From Mobula hypostoma (lineage: Eukaryota): a stretch of DNA of 64,000 nt. Below are positions 49,420 to 61,809 of the stretch, piece by piece. The notes under the pieces are model-generated. The model saw nothing but the letters and a program-made list of their open reading frames with translations, was not told the origin of the DNA and searched no databases. How positions within the stretch are numbered: position 1 is the first letter of the stretch; each line of letters starts with the position of its first letter. The translations under genes were made by a program, and so were the position numbers. Where the stretch lies: positions 167,278,001-167,342,000 of the forward strand of contig NC_086097.1 of the NCBI RefSeq assembly GCF_963921235.1, given 5' to 3'.

Positions 49420-49633
49420 CTGCTGGGATGGTGATACTATAGTTGATACAATAAGGCCATTTAAGAAACTCTTAGATAGGCACATTGATGTAAGAAAAAT
49501 GGAGGGTTATGGACTGTTTAGGAGGGAGGGGTTAGATTGATCAAGGAGTATGATTATATAGATCAGGACAAATCTGTGGGCTGAAGAGCCTGTACTGTGC
49601 TGTACTGCTCTCCTTTCTCTGTTCTATGTTCTA
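49420..49633 (+). mobile_element. CR1 3' end
   Basis: tttaagaaactcttagataggcac...gggctgaagagcctgtactgtgctgtactg...gttctatgttcta. Confidence 0.75.
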
Positions 49634-50269
49634 CATGGTTCTTGTTTCATTTGCCATCTAATTCTATCCAAGCGATCAGACATGTCTTTGATGCAATGCA
49701 TTACGTCAACAGTAGGCTGTGCTACGTTGCTGCAAAGGCCTGTTATTAGAAGTGTTTGCTCAGCACTGAGAATATTCATCTGACCAGCTTGCAAAGTCAT
49801 CAGGTTCATTTTAAACACTGCACAGGACTCAGATTAACTTCACACAAATGAGCAAGATAAAATATAAAAAGGTTTGAACAGAGCGAGTGAACTTTCATTT
49901 TTGATACTGAACGCAATCCTGTAAAGGCATGAGAGGAAACTTATATTAAAATTAAATTAAACTAGCAAACATTGTTATCAATTTAATCACCTGAACACAA
50001 GACCACTTTGACCATTCTTCAGTTATAGAATCTGGGGTCACCCCTTTGTCAGTGTGGAATGGCTTATATGGTTTCTGCGTTTCAGTTTATTTTAGAAGTC
50101 ATTTCTGATTTTAAGTGTTCTCTTGCTAACCTTCAAGAAGATACTCAGAATTCCCCTTGTTGGAATTAATAGCACCAGAACAACTAATGGAAGTTTTAAA
50201 GTCCAAGTTTAAAGTAAATTTATTATTAAAATACCTATATGTCATCCCATACTACCTTGAGATTCATTT

Positions 50270-52390
50270 TCAAAATTCAAGATCCATTTATTATCAAAAA
50301 AGTATATATTATACAACCTTGAGATTGCTTACTCACAAGCAGCCTCTAAACAAGAAACCTGAAATAATCCAATTGAGAGAAAAAAATAAAAATAAAAATA
50401 AAAGACCAACACTCAATGCGCAGAAGACCAGCATTCTGAACCAAAAGTGTATCCTCAGATCCAAACCATGGATCAGCCTGGTGTAGGCCCAAAGCCTCGC
50501 TTATCAGTTAATTACATTAGTAGGGATAGTCCGGGTAATTATAGACCAGTAAGCCTTACGTCTGTGGTGGGAAAGCTGTTGGAAAAGATTCTTAGAGATA
50601 GGATCTATGGGCATTTAGAGAATCATGGTCTGATCAGGGACAGTCAGCGTGGCTTTGTGAAGGGAAGATCATGTATAACAAGCCTGATAGAGTTCTTTGA
50701 GGAGGTGACCAGGCATATAGATGAGGGTAGTGCAGTGGATGTGATCTACATGGATTTTAGTAAGACATTTGACATGGTTCCACATGGTAGGCTTATTCAG
50801 AAAGTCAGAAGGCATGGGATCTAGGGAAGTTTGGCCAGGTGGATTCAGAATTGGCTTGCCTGCAGAAGGCAGAGGGTGGTGGTGGAGGGAGTACATTCAA
50901 ATTGGAGGATTGTGACTAGTGGTGTCCCACAAGGATTGGTTCTGGGACCTCTACTTTTCGTGATTTTTATTAACGACCTGGATGTGGGGGTAGAAGGGTG
51001 GGTTGGCAAGTTTGCAGACGACACAAAGGTTGGTGGTGTTGTGGATAGTGTGGAGGATTGTTGAAGATTGCAGAGAGACATTGATAAGATGCAGAAGTGG
51101 GCTGAGAAGTGGCAGATGCAGTTCAACCCAGAGAAGTGTGAGGTGGTTCACTTTGGAAGGACAAACTCCAAGGCAGAGTACAAAGTAAATGGCAGGATAC
51201 TTGGTAGTGTGGAGGAGCAGAGGGATCTCGGGGTACATGTCCACAGATCCCTGAAAGTTACCTCACAGGCAGATAGGGTAGTTAAGAAAGCTTATAGGGT
51301 GTTAGCATTCATAAGTCGAGAGATAGGGTTTAAGAGTCATGAGGTAATAATGCAGCTCTATAAAACTCTGGTTAGGCCACACTTGGAGTACTGTGTCCAT
51401 TTCTGGTCACCTCACTATAGGAAGGGTGTGGAAGCATTGGAAAGGGTACAGAGGAGATTTACCAGAATGCTGCCTGGTTTAGAAAGTATGCATTATGATT
51501 AGAGATTAAGGGAGCTAGGGCTTTACTCTATGGAGAGAAGGAGGATAAGAGGAGACATGATAGAGGTATACAAGATATTAAGAAGAATAGACAGCCAGCG
51601 CCTCTTCCCCAGGGCACCACTGCTCAATACAAGAGGACATGGCTTTAAGGTAAGGGGTGGGAAGTTCAAGGGGGATATTAGAGGAAGGTTTTTTTACTCA
51701 GAGAGTGGTTGGTGCGTGGAATGCACTGCCTGAGTCAGTGGTGGAGGCAGATACACTGGTGAAATTTAAGAGACTACTAGACAGGTATATGGAGGAATTT
51801 AAGGTGGGGGGTTATATGGGAGGCAGGGTTTAAGGGTCGGCACTGTGCTGTACTGTTCTATGTTCCATATTTGCAGGCGTGGAACACAGCAGCCAGGGCA
51901 GTCCTCATAGCATCAGCACCACGGAGTTCACCATTATGGAGAATGAGTGAAATTTGCTCTTGTCCCGACTGACACCTTGTCTTTTCAGTCTATCTGGGCC
52001 AGCGTTTAAATTGACGCAACAACAGGACAGTGAAAGTCTCCGGTACCCTGGAGAGAAGAGTGAAAATCATGGAGAGCAAGCAAAATCAGCTCTCACCTTC
52101 GACCTGGGCTGGCGTTTAAATTGTCTGAACAGTGTAAAGTACCTCGCACTAGGACCTGGGCATCGGGCCTAGACCATGCCGCCCAGCGACTCGTTCTGGG
52201 CCTGGATTCCAGCCTGAAGCCATTCTCAAGCTCTGCAGAACAGCTCAGCACCCAGAGCAGTCTAACCTTTCACCCGGGCCAGTTGAATGTGCACCGGAAC
52301 TCCAACTGCAACGGTTCCGCAACACACCCTCTCGGCTCATCCTCTCAACTTTCCTCGCCATTGCTCGCCCCTTCACAGTTTGCGGCGATA
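50270..52390 (-). mobile_element. Non-autonomous LINE-tailed element interrupted by CR1 F
   Basis: Blocks shared with 17315-18110 and 62625-62950. The ttatcagtt|catatt junction is contiguous in the 62890 copy. Confidence 0.6.
50518..51865 (+). mobile_element. 5'-truncated young CR1 (element F), same family as D and E
   Basis: Starts at SRDSPGNYRPVSLTS, contains KFADDTK, in-frame stops at ~50822, ~51062 and ~51500, 3' tail present. Confidence 0.95.
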
Positions 52391-52919
52391 AATTAACACA
52401 ATTTACCACAGAACAGGTCATTTTCCTGATGTTTTTAGTCAGCCTGCAGATATTCACAGTAAAGCAAAGAAATACAATAGAATCAATTATTTTAAAAAAC
52501 TACACACAAAGACTGATAAATAACCAATGTGCAAATGACAAACTGAGCAGATAAATAATATTGAGATATGAGGTGTTGAGGTCTTAAAGGTGGTCTACAG
52601 ATTGTGGAATCAGTTCAGAGTTGAGATGAGTGAAGTTAACAATTTGTGTGGGACCCAAGGCTCCTGTACCACCTTCCCATGGGCAGCAGAAGGAAGAGAG
52701 CATGGTCCTGACAGTGGAGTCCTTGATAATGGATGCTGTTTTCTTGTGGCAGTGCTCCTTGTAAGAGTTTTCAATACTGGGAAGGGCTTTGCCAGTGAAG
52801 GACCAGGCTGTATCCACCACTTTTTGTAGACTTCTCCATTCTTGGCACAGGTTCAATGATACTTGTACATTCTTCCCTCAGTTACTGAGATCAGATCATT
52901 AGTTTAATTTCAGGTAAGG

Positions 52920-53300
52920 GCATCCATCACTAACGATCCCCACCATATAGGCCTTGCTATTTTCTCACAGCTACCACCAGACAGGAGGACCTGAAACCTG
53001 AAGTTCCACACCAGCAGCTTTAAGAACAGCTACTTCATTTCAACCATCCGTTTCTTGGACCAACTGGCAAAACCCTAATCACTGAAGTTTTACAATACTT
53101 TTCATCATTTTGCACTCAAATGGACTGCGTTTTTTTTTTCTAATTATGTTCTTTCTTGTAAAAACTGTGTATAATTATGCTTAATTTATGCTTTTCTTGT
53201 CGCTGTTTGTCTGTGCCTGTAATGTTGCTGCAGTAAATTTTTCATTGCACTTTTGCATATACGGTGCATGTGGCAATAAACTCAACTTTGACCTTGAGAT
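52920..53300 (+). mobile_element. Rex1-type 3' fragment
   Basis: catccatcactaacgatccccacca...aagaacagctacttc...ggcaataaactcaactttgac. Confidence 0.6.
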
Positions 53301-54152
53301 AAAGAAATAAAGAAAACTGATTTTTAGAGTATTTTGCAAAATTCAGGGCACTTCAAAGTGCTTTAAATACAATCAAATATTGCTAACATGTAGGAGCTAT
53401 TTAATTGTAGATAGGTACTCCACACAGATGAAATTTTGACTCCTACCTGTCTACACTAGCACAGTAGACAGTTTCCAACCCTCTTCATAAACCATCAGAT
53501 TCTCATTCCCTACTCTGTTCGGCCCAAGGACAACTTCTATCCCATTGTTGTCAGACTCTTCGACAGACTATTTGGATTATATAATGGATTCTTGACCTCA
53601 CAATCTAACTCGTTACGACCTTGCACATTATTATTTTTCCTACACTTCACTTTTCAAGTTCAAGTTGAATTGTCATTCAACCACACACTGGTACAGCCAA
53701 ACGAAACAGCGTTCCTGTGCCAACAGTCAGACACAGCACAAGACTCATTTAGCACATATAATTATGATAGCAGTAAACATACAGTCACAAAAAGTATAGC
53801 CCAAGTCCCTGAGTGTCAAGTCCTGTAGGTTGACGGTGCATGGGATGTTCTTGGATAGAGCAAGCCTGAAGCAGTCCAATCATCACATGCTAACTGAAGC
53901 CAAAGACAAGCACAATCCAGCTTGTCTTCCACCGAGCAAACATTTGGAAGCCAGCCCCAACCCAGTCACGCCACACAGCCTCATGCATCTCCACCCCTGG
54001 AAGAATCAACAGGTGACCGCAGCCATGAGGGCCTGGTCCATGCAACAATGGTGTTGAAAAAGAAAATGACATTCTCAAAGGCTTTGATGACTTGTTTTCT
54101 GGATTAAGATGTTTACCAGCATATCAAGATTGATCCAACTATTGCACCAGTC

Positions 54153-54863
54153 GTGCATGCCCTGAGAAAGATTCCAGTAGTTCTCAGGGATCAAGTACTG
54201 GAGGAGCTCCACAGAATGGAACAGGTGGGAGTCATAACAAGACAAATAGAACCGACCGACTGGGTGAATAGTATGGTGACAGTGGTCACAGAAAAAAAGA
54301 CGAGGATTTGCATGGATCCACAAGATCTCAAACAAGCCATCAAAAGAGAGCACTATCCGCTGCTCACGGTTGAAGAGGTTGTCTCCCGCATGCCTAATGC
54401 GAAATACTTTTCAGTATTAGACGCAAGTCAAGGTTTCTGGCAGATCAAGCTGGATGAAGAAAGTTCCAAATTATGCACCTTCAACACGCCCATAGGGAGA
54501 TATCGTTTCCTGCGTTTACCCATTGGGATTTCTTCTGCATCAGAGGTATTCCAGAGATCCGTGGCACAAATGATTGAAGACCTGGACAGGGTGGTCAACA
54601 TCATTGATGATTTGCTGATATGGGGTGACACAATTGAGGAACATGATCAGAGACTGAGGAAGCTCCTGGAGAGAGCACATGAGTACAACCTAAAACTGAA
54701 CAAAAGTAAATGTAAGATCAGAACCACAGAGATCAAATACATAGGTCATGTGCTCAGTGCTGATGGGCTAAAACCAGATGATGAAAAGGTCAGAGCTGTG
54801 GTACAGCTACCACCACCCAAAGACAAGCAAGAACTATTGAGGTTCATGGGCATGATACAGTAA
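54153..54863 (+). pseudogene. Gypsy-type reverse transcriptase domain
   Basis: EPTDWVNSMV, RICMDPQDL, LCTFNTPIGRYRFLRLP, IIDDLLIWG, KCKIRTTEIKYIGH. Confidence 0.9.
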
Positions 54864-55487
54864 TCTTGCCAAACTCATTCCCAACTTATCAGAGGTCAGT
54901 GTTCCACTCCACTCCGAAAGCTACTCGAGAGCATTGGAAAGACAAACAAAAGAAAAGTTTTGACATATTGAAGCAGTTGGTTACCAATGCACCAGCACTG
55001 AAGTTCTATGATGTCAATAAACCAGTGACGATGTCTGTGGATGCCAGTTTGGAGGGAATAGGAGCTGTTATACTGCAGGATGGGAAGCCTGTGGCGTATG
55101 GATCATGAGCACTTACGGACTGTCAACGCCGATATGCTCAAATCAAGAAGGAATTACTCGCCATGGTTTATGGGTGTGAGAAGTTCCACCAATATGTATA
55201 TGGCAAAGAAATCCAGGTTGAGAGAGATCACAAACCACTTGAGAGCATCTTCAAAAAGCTACTCCACCAAGCTCCTATGAGGCTGCAAAGGATGCTTCTC
55301 AGGATACAGAGGTACACTCTCACAGTCACCTGTAAGCCAGGAAAAGAACTGCACATTGCTGATGCTTTGAGCCGTGCTTACCTCAAAGAGCAAAAGGAAG
55401 AGTTGCTAGGAAGAGAGCTGGAGGTCAACCTCAACTACCCATCGTCATGAGAAGTTGAACATGTTCAGGAAAGTGACTGCAGATGAT

Positions 55488-55831
55488 AGAAACCATAGAA
55501 ACACTACAGCACAGAAACAGGCCTTTTGGCCCATCTTGGCTGTGCCAAACCATTTTCTGCCTAGTCCCACTGACCTGCACACGGACCATATCCCTCCATA
55601 CACGTCCCATCCATGTATCTGTCCAATTTATTCTTAAATGTTAAAAAAGAACCCACATTTACCACCTCGTCTGGCAGCTCATTCCATACTTCTATCACTC
55701 TTTGTGTGAAGAAGCCCCCCCTTAATGTTCCCCTTAAACTTTTCCCCCCTCACCCTTAACCCATGTCCTCTGATTTTTTTCTCCCCTTGCCTCAGTGGAA
55801 AAAGCCTGCTTGCATTCACTCTATCTACACC
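55488..55831 (-). mobile_element. CR1 3' end inserted into Gypsy pol
   Basis: CR1 tail (agaaaccatagaaacactacagcacag). ATGAT is duplicated at 55483-55487 and 55832-55836, and pol reads FRKVTADD|PEMQIL across the insertion. Confidence 0.85.
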
Positions 55832-57162
55832 ATGATCCTGAAATGCAAATACTAAGAGACATTACAATGAATGGATGGCCAACAGAAAGAAAAGATGTTC
55901 CAAAGGAGATGCAGAAATACTGGACATTTAAAGAGGAAATCAGCTATGCATCAGGACTAATGTTTAAAACGGCAAAACTCATCGTACCAAACCAAATGAG
56001 ACAGGAGATGCTCAACAGAATTCACGAGTCACACCTGGGGATAGTGAAATGTAAAGAAAGAGCAAGGGACATTCTCTTTTGGCCAGGCATGTCAACTCAG
56101 ATAGAGGACATTGTGTCTCAGTGTGCTGTCTGTAATGAAAACAAAAACAGCAATCCAAGAGAGCCTCCGTTTCCCCACCCACTACCAGGAAGACCATGGG
56201 AGAAGATTGGCACAGATCTCTTTCACTACAGTGGTACAGAATATCTGCTTTGTGTGGACTACTATTCAAAATATCCGGAGATCACCAAGTTAAGTGACAC
56301 GTCCAGTCGAGGTGTCATTACCGCAATGAAGTCAACATTCACAAGACATGTTATTCCAGATATTGTCGTTAGTGACAATGGTCCACAATATGCCAGTGGT
56401 GAGTTCAGAGGGTTCTCAGAAAGCTGGGAATTTCAACATGTTACTTCCAGTCCAGGGCACGCTCAGTCTAATGGACAAGCAGAGAGAACTGTACAAACTG
56501 TCAAAAACATGCTCAAGAAGGCACATAGCAGCAACAGTGACTCTTACATTGTTCTGCTTGAATACCGCAATGCACCGACCGAGGGTGTGGGGTTCTCTCC
56601 TGCGCAGCTGTTGATGGGACGTCGTCTGAAGTCCAAACTGCCAACATCCACAACTCTACTGACTCCTGAAGGTAATGCTCAAGTACATGACAAGCAAAAG
56701 TACAAACAAATAAACCAAAAGGGCTACTATGACAGACATACAAGACAGTTGCCAGATCTACATACAGGTGAAAATGTCAGAATACAGAGAGGAGACACTT
56801 GGCAACCAGCTGTGGTTGTGAACAGACATCAGCAACCAAGATCCTTCATAGTTCACACGCCGGGTGGAAGAGTCTACAGGAGGAACAGGAAGCGTCTGCT
56901 GAAGACAGGCGAGAGTGAGTTTCCACGTACAGATGCACAGGACATTTCCACAGATACAGACATGGAAACAAACGACACCAAGAGTGATGCAGACCGCAAA
57001 AACACAGAGGTTACTCGAGAGACTGACACGGATGAAGGACAAAAGCACAGTCACAGTTGTATCACACACGGTCTGGGAGACAAGTCAAACTTCCAGCCAG
57101 ATACAGAGACTAGACATACATACAGTCTCACACAGTTTGAGGCAAAGTCACACATGGTATAA
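55832..57162 (+). pseudogene. Gypsy-type integrase (HHCC and DDE)
   Basis: HESH...CAVC zinc finger, TDLF, SDNGPQY, SNGQAERTV, SPAQLLMGR. Confidence 0.9.
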
Positions 57163-57377
57163 GCTCCAAGATGTGAAAGAAAAGGTTTATTAGTCTATGT
57201 TAGTAAAAGAAAATACACTGCTGTTAGTATTGTAAGATACAATGCAGAATACAGTACAAGGTGGTAAGATTTTTTTTAGTTTATGTCATGGTTGTTGCAC
57301 TGTAAGAAGGGCATACCTAGAGGCATCGTTATGGTAATTCACAGTGTAAAAAGAAAAAAAAATCTTGAGGAGGGGGA

Positions 57378-57511
57378 TGTAATGTATTGTGTGAGTATTC
57401 GTAGCGTCAGAGTGCGTATGAAGTCAGGACGTGGAGAAGTAAAAATGGAAGTCTGTTGAATAAACGTGGTTGTTCAATCTACAGTGGTGTCCGAGTCACG
57501 TCAATATTACG
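57378..57511 (+). repeat. 3' LTR (134 bp)
   Basis: Starts TGTAAT immediately after the PPT, AATAAA at 57459-57464, ends ATTACG (ATTACA expected). Confidence 0.7.
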
Positions 57512-57844
57512 GAAGTGAAGACTAAGCTTAACTTTCTACTGGCAGAGTTGATACACCATGTGGATCACTGTCTCTCACTGTATCTTGCTCACAAACAACT
57601 GTAACTTACGTGGAAAATCCCACTCTGGCAGCTACGTCTGTTTGTAAGCTTGGCTTTGTGAGTCAATACAGAGTAGCTAAACTCCACTGGGACATGTTCA
57701 TAAACTTCATCCCAACACCCTCCTCCTCCATTCACCATCACTACTGGAACAGTCTCCTTTCCCCACGTAAAATATTCTCCCATCTAATAAACAAAAATTT
57801 TAGCTGAACTCAAAATAAATCCTGTATTTTACTCTGAAAATGGC

Positions 57845-58760
57845 AACATTAGTGGATAGGGTGGTCATGAAAACCTATAGCATTCTTGCTTTTATCAGTT
57901 GGGACAATGAGTAGAAAAGTTGACAAGTCATTTTGCAGCTGAATAAAACTAAGGTTAGTGTATATTTGAAGTATTGTATTCGGTTCTAGTCACCACATTA
58001 CAGGAAGGATTTCAAGGCTTTGGAGAGGGTGCAGAAGAGTGTTTCTGTAGTGGAGTAGTTAGTATAATGCTATTGCAATGTTAGAGACCCAAGTTCAGTT
58101 CCACTGCTGACTGTAAGGAATTTGTACCTCTTCTGCATGACGATGTGGGTTTCTTCTGAATGCTTCATTTTCTTCCCAGATTCCAATGACGGATGGATTC
58201 GTAGGTTAAACAGTCACATGGGTGTAATTAGGCAGCGTGGCCTTGTTGAGTCAGAATGGCAAATTATTTTGCTGTATCTCTAAATAAAACAAACATAATA
58301 AAATTGAAGAGGTTCAGCAGGATGTTGCCTGGATTATAAGGTATTTGCCAAAAAGAGAAGTGGGACAAATTTGAATTGTTTTCTCTGGAGTATTGGAGGT
58401 TGAGGGGGCGACCTGCTAGAATTATATAAAAAATTAGAATAGATGGTCAGAGCCTTTTTTCCCAGGCTGGAAATATCAAATACCAGAGGGCATCCCTTTA
58501 ACATGAGAGGAAGAAAGTTTAAGGAGATTTGGAGGCAAGTGGTTTTTACAATGAGTGGTAGATGCCTGGAAGACAGCACCTGAAGAAATGGTGAGTGGTG
58601 GAAGCAAATACAGGAGCAACATTTAAACACACACATGAGCAGGCAGGGAATTAAGTGATTTAGAGCATGTGTAGGCAGACGTGAATAGCTTAATCTGTTG
58701 TCATGATTTGCACAGACATCATGAGACAAAGGGCCTGATCCTTTGCTGTGCAGTTCAAAA
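57845..58760 (+). mobile_element. Old CR1 3' fragment with a nested V-SINE-like element (~58045-58305)
   Basis: CR1 gagagggtgcagaagag | gaagaggttcagcaggatgttgcctgg, split by the SINE core gtaaggaatttgtacc...gtgggtttcttctgaatgcttc. Confidence 0.65.
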
Positions 58761-58789
58761 ACCAATATTGTTTCTCCTCCGTTTTTTGA

Positions 58790-60120
58790 ATTTGAACTGA
58801 ATTTGAATTGACTTTATTTCTTACACCCTTCACATACATGAGGAGTAAAAATCTTTATGTTACGTCTTCACCTAAATGTGTAATGTGCAATTTATAGTAA
58901 TTTGTAATAAATAGTATGTACAACAGGACCATCAGTATAGCATAGAAATACAATTATGTCAGCGAGGATACGAGTTGACAATAAACTGGACTGGTCAAAG
59001 AACACTGAGGCTGTCTACAAGAAGGGTCAGAGCCGTCTCTATTTCCTGAGGAGACTGAGGTCCTTTAACATCTGCCGGACGATGCTGATGATGTTCTACG
59101 AGTCTGTGGTGGCCAGTGCTATCATGTTTGCTGTTGTGTGCTGGGGCAGCAGGCTGAGGGTAGCAGACACCAACAGAATCAACAAACTCATTCGTAAGGC
59201 CAGTGATGTTGTGGGTATGGAACTGGACTCTCTGACGGTTCTGTCTGAAAAGAGGATGCTGTCCAAGCTGCATGCCATCTTGGACAATATCTCCCATCCA
59301 CTACATAATGTACTGAGTGGGCACAGGAGTACATTCAGTCAGAGACTCATTCCTCCAAGATGCAACACAGAGCGTCATAGGAAGTCATTCCTGCCTGTGG
59401 CCATCAAACTTTACAACTCCTCCCTTGAAAGGTCAGACACCCTGAGCCAATAGGCTGGTCCTGGACTTATTTCATAATTTACTGGCATAGTTTACATATT
59501 ACTATTTAACTATTTATGGTTCTATTACTATTTATTATTTATGGTGCAACTGTAACGAAAACCAATTTCCCCCAGGATCAATAAAGTATGACTATGACTA
59601 TGTGAATTAATCAGTCTGATGGCCTGGTGGAAGAAGCTGATCCGGAGCCTGTCAGTCCTGGCTTTTATGCTGCGGTACCATTTTCCAGATGGTAGAAGCT
59701 GGAATACATATTGTGGTTGGGGTGACTTGGGTCCCCAATGATCCTTTGGTCCCTTTTTACATACCTGTCTTTGGAAACGTCCTGAATAGTGGGAAGTTCA
59801 CATCTATAGATGCACTGGGCTGTCCGCACCACTCTCTGCAGAGTCCTGCGATTGAGGGAAGTACAGTTCCCATACCAGGCAGTGATGCAGCCAGTCAGGA
59901 TAATCTTAATTGTGCTCCTGTAAAAATAATTTGGGGACTCATGCCAAACTTCTTCAACTGTCTGAGGTGAAAGAGGCACTTTTGTGCTTTTTCACCATAC
60001 GGCCGGTATGTACAGACCATGTGAGATCCTCGGTGATGTGTATACTGAGGAACTTAAAAGCTGTTCACCCTCTCAACCCTAGATCTATTGATGTCAATAG
60101 GGGTCAACCTGTCTCCATTC
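58790..60120 (-). mobile_element. Rex1-type LINE 3' part, interrupted at 58965-59601
   Basis: FYRSTIKIILTGCITAWYG...LQRVVRTAQ on the minus strand; (TTCAAA)-like tail near 58790. Confidence 0.75.
58965..59601 (+). mobile_element. Young Rex1/Babar LINE 3' fragment of a distinct subfamily
   Basis: Open frame NKLDWSKNTEAVYKKGQSRLYFLRRLRSF...SFLPVAIKLYN to the stop at 59453, AATAAA and a (TATGAC)n tail. Confidence 0.85.
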
Positions 60121-60495
60121 TTACAGCACCATTCTTGAACATGGTGGTTCATCTTGAACAATTATCAAGGAATCTCAATGCCACTTTCACCTCTGTTTAA
60201 TTGCCTGCAAGTTCTGTTTCATTTACAGGTGCACTTTGTAAAATCAAGCTTATTCATCGTTCAGTGTTCACATCTCTTCTTACTATCCCCACTTTACCGG
60301 TCACTGTTGTGCTGAAGAATATACATTGGCTCCTGATCCAGCAGCATGCTGATAGCCTTGGTTTGATCTCTTCAGATGCCTCATCACTATCGTCCTCCAG
60401 CTTATTGACAGATGGTGATGAGGTGGTGTACAGGAGTGAGGTAGGTCAGCTGTTTGAGTTGTGATGTAACAGCCTTTTGCACTCAATGTCAGTAA

Positions 60496-61509
60496 AAACA
60501 TAGAAACATAGAAACATAGAAAATAGGTGCAGGAGTAGGCCATTCGGCCCTTCGAACCTGCACCGCCATTTATTATGATCATGGCTGATCATCCAACTCA
60601 GAACCCAGCCTTCCCTCCATACCCCCTGACCCCTGTAGCCACAAGGGCCATATCTAACTTCCTTTTAAACATAGCTAATGAACTGGCCTCAACAGTTTGC
60701 TGTGGCAGAGAATTCCACAGATTCACCACTCTCTGTGTGAAGAAGTTTTTCCTAACCTCGGTCCTAAAAGGCTTCCCCTCTATCCTCAAACTGTGACCCC
60801 TCGTTCTAGACCTCCCCAACATCGGGAACAATCTTCCTGCATCTAGCCTGTCCAATCCCTTTAGGATCTTATACGTTTCAATCAGATCCCCCCTCAATCT
60901 TCTAAATTCCAACGAGTACAAGCCCAGTTCATCCAGTCTTTCTTCATATGAAAGACCTGCCATCCCAGGAATCAATCTGGTGAACCTTCTTTGTACTCCC
61001 TCTATGGCAAAGATGTCTTTCCTCAGATTAGGGGACCAAAACTGCACACAATACTCCAGGTGTGGTCTCACCAAGGCCTTGTACAACTGCAGTAGTACCT
61101 CCCTGCTCCTGTACTCGAATCCTCTTGCTATAAATGCCAGCATACCGTTCGCCTTTTTCACCGCCTGCTGTACCTGCATGCCCACTTTCAATGACTGGTG
61201 TATAATGACACCCAGGTCTCGTTGCACCTCCCCTTTTCCTAATCGGCCACCATTCAGATAATAATCTGTTTTCCTATTTTTGCCACCAAAGTGGATAACT
61301 TCACATTTATCCACATTAAATTGCATCTGCCATGAGTTTGCCCACTCACCCAACCTATCCAAGTCACCCTGCATCCTCTTAGCATCCTCCTCACTGCTAA
61401 CACTGCCACCCAGCTTCGTGTCATCCGCAAACTTGGAGATGCCGCATTTAATTCCTTCATCCAAGTCATTAATATATATTGTAAACAACTGGGGTCCCAG
61501 CACTGAGCC
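60496..61509 (-). mobile_element. Young 5'-truncated CR1 (element G) with uninterrupted ORF2 C-terminus
   Basis: GSVLGPQLFTIYINDLD, KFADDTK, LEYCVQFWSP, open to the stop at 60598; (ACATAGAA)n tail on plus; inserted in a Rex1 fragment. Confidence 0.95.
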
Positions 61510-61809
61510 ATGCAACTGATTGCATACCTTAGAAGTGGAAGCCAGGTGAATATAGATCTCCTCATGTTGAAGGGTCTGCAGTGGAAAAAGTGAGCAGCTT
61601 GGAGTTGCCGGGTGCCAACATCTTGAAGGATCTATCCTGGACTTAGCACATGGATGAAACCATGAATACAGCATGCCAGCCTTTCTGTTCTCTAAGAGGT
61701 TTAAGGTGATTCAGCATGTCATCAAAAACTAACAGCTCTACAGATGTACAGTGCAGCAGACAGCATTTTGAGTGATTGTATCAATGCCTGGTATGGAGAC
61801 TATAGAGTG

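Larger units (their letters stand above)
54060..57511 (+). mobile_element. 5'-truncated Gypsy-type LTR retrotransposon (RT-RNase H-integrase, PPT, 3' LTR)
   Basis: RT LDASQGFWQI and IIDDLLIW, RNase H VDASLEGIGAV and DHKPL, integrase, PPT GAGGAGGGGGA at 57367-57377, LTR at 57378-57511. Confidence 0.9.

Noticed and set aside
55795..57162. Domesticated integrase gene
   Set aside because: Embedded in a decayed pol with stops and frameshifts upstream. The annotated start lies inside the inserted CR1 fragment.
57745..57783. IFYVGKG in an alternative frame, resembling an ANKLE1/GIY-YIG motif
   Set aside because: That frame hits a stop within the segment and there is no further similarity.
60598..61674. 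358-aa ORF as a novel chimeric protein
   Set aside because: Chance in-frame fusion of antisense Rex1 sequence to a 5'-truncated CR1 RT.
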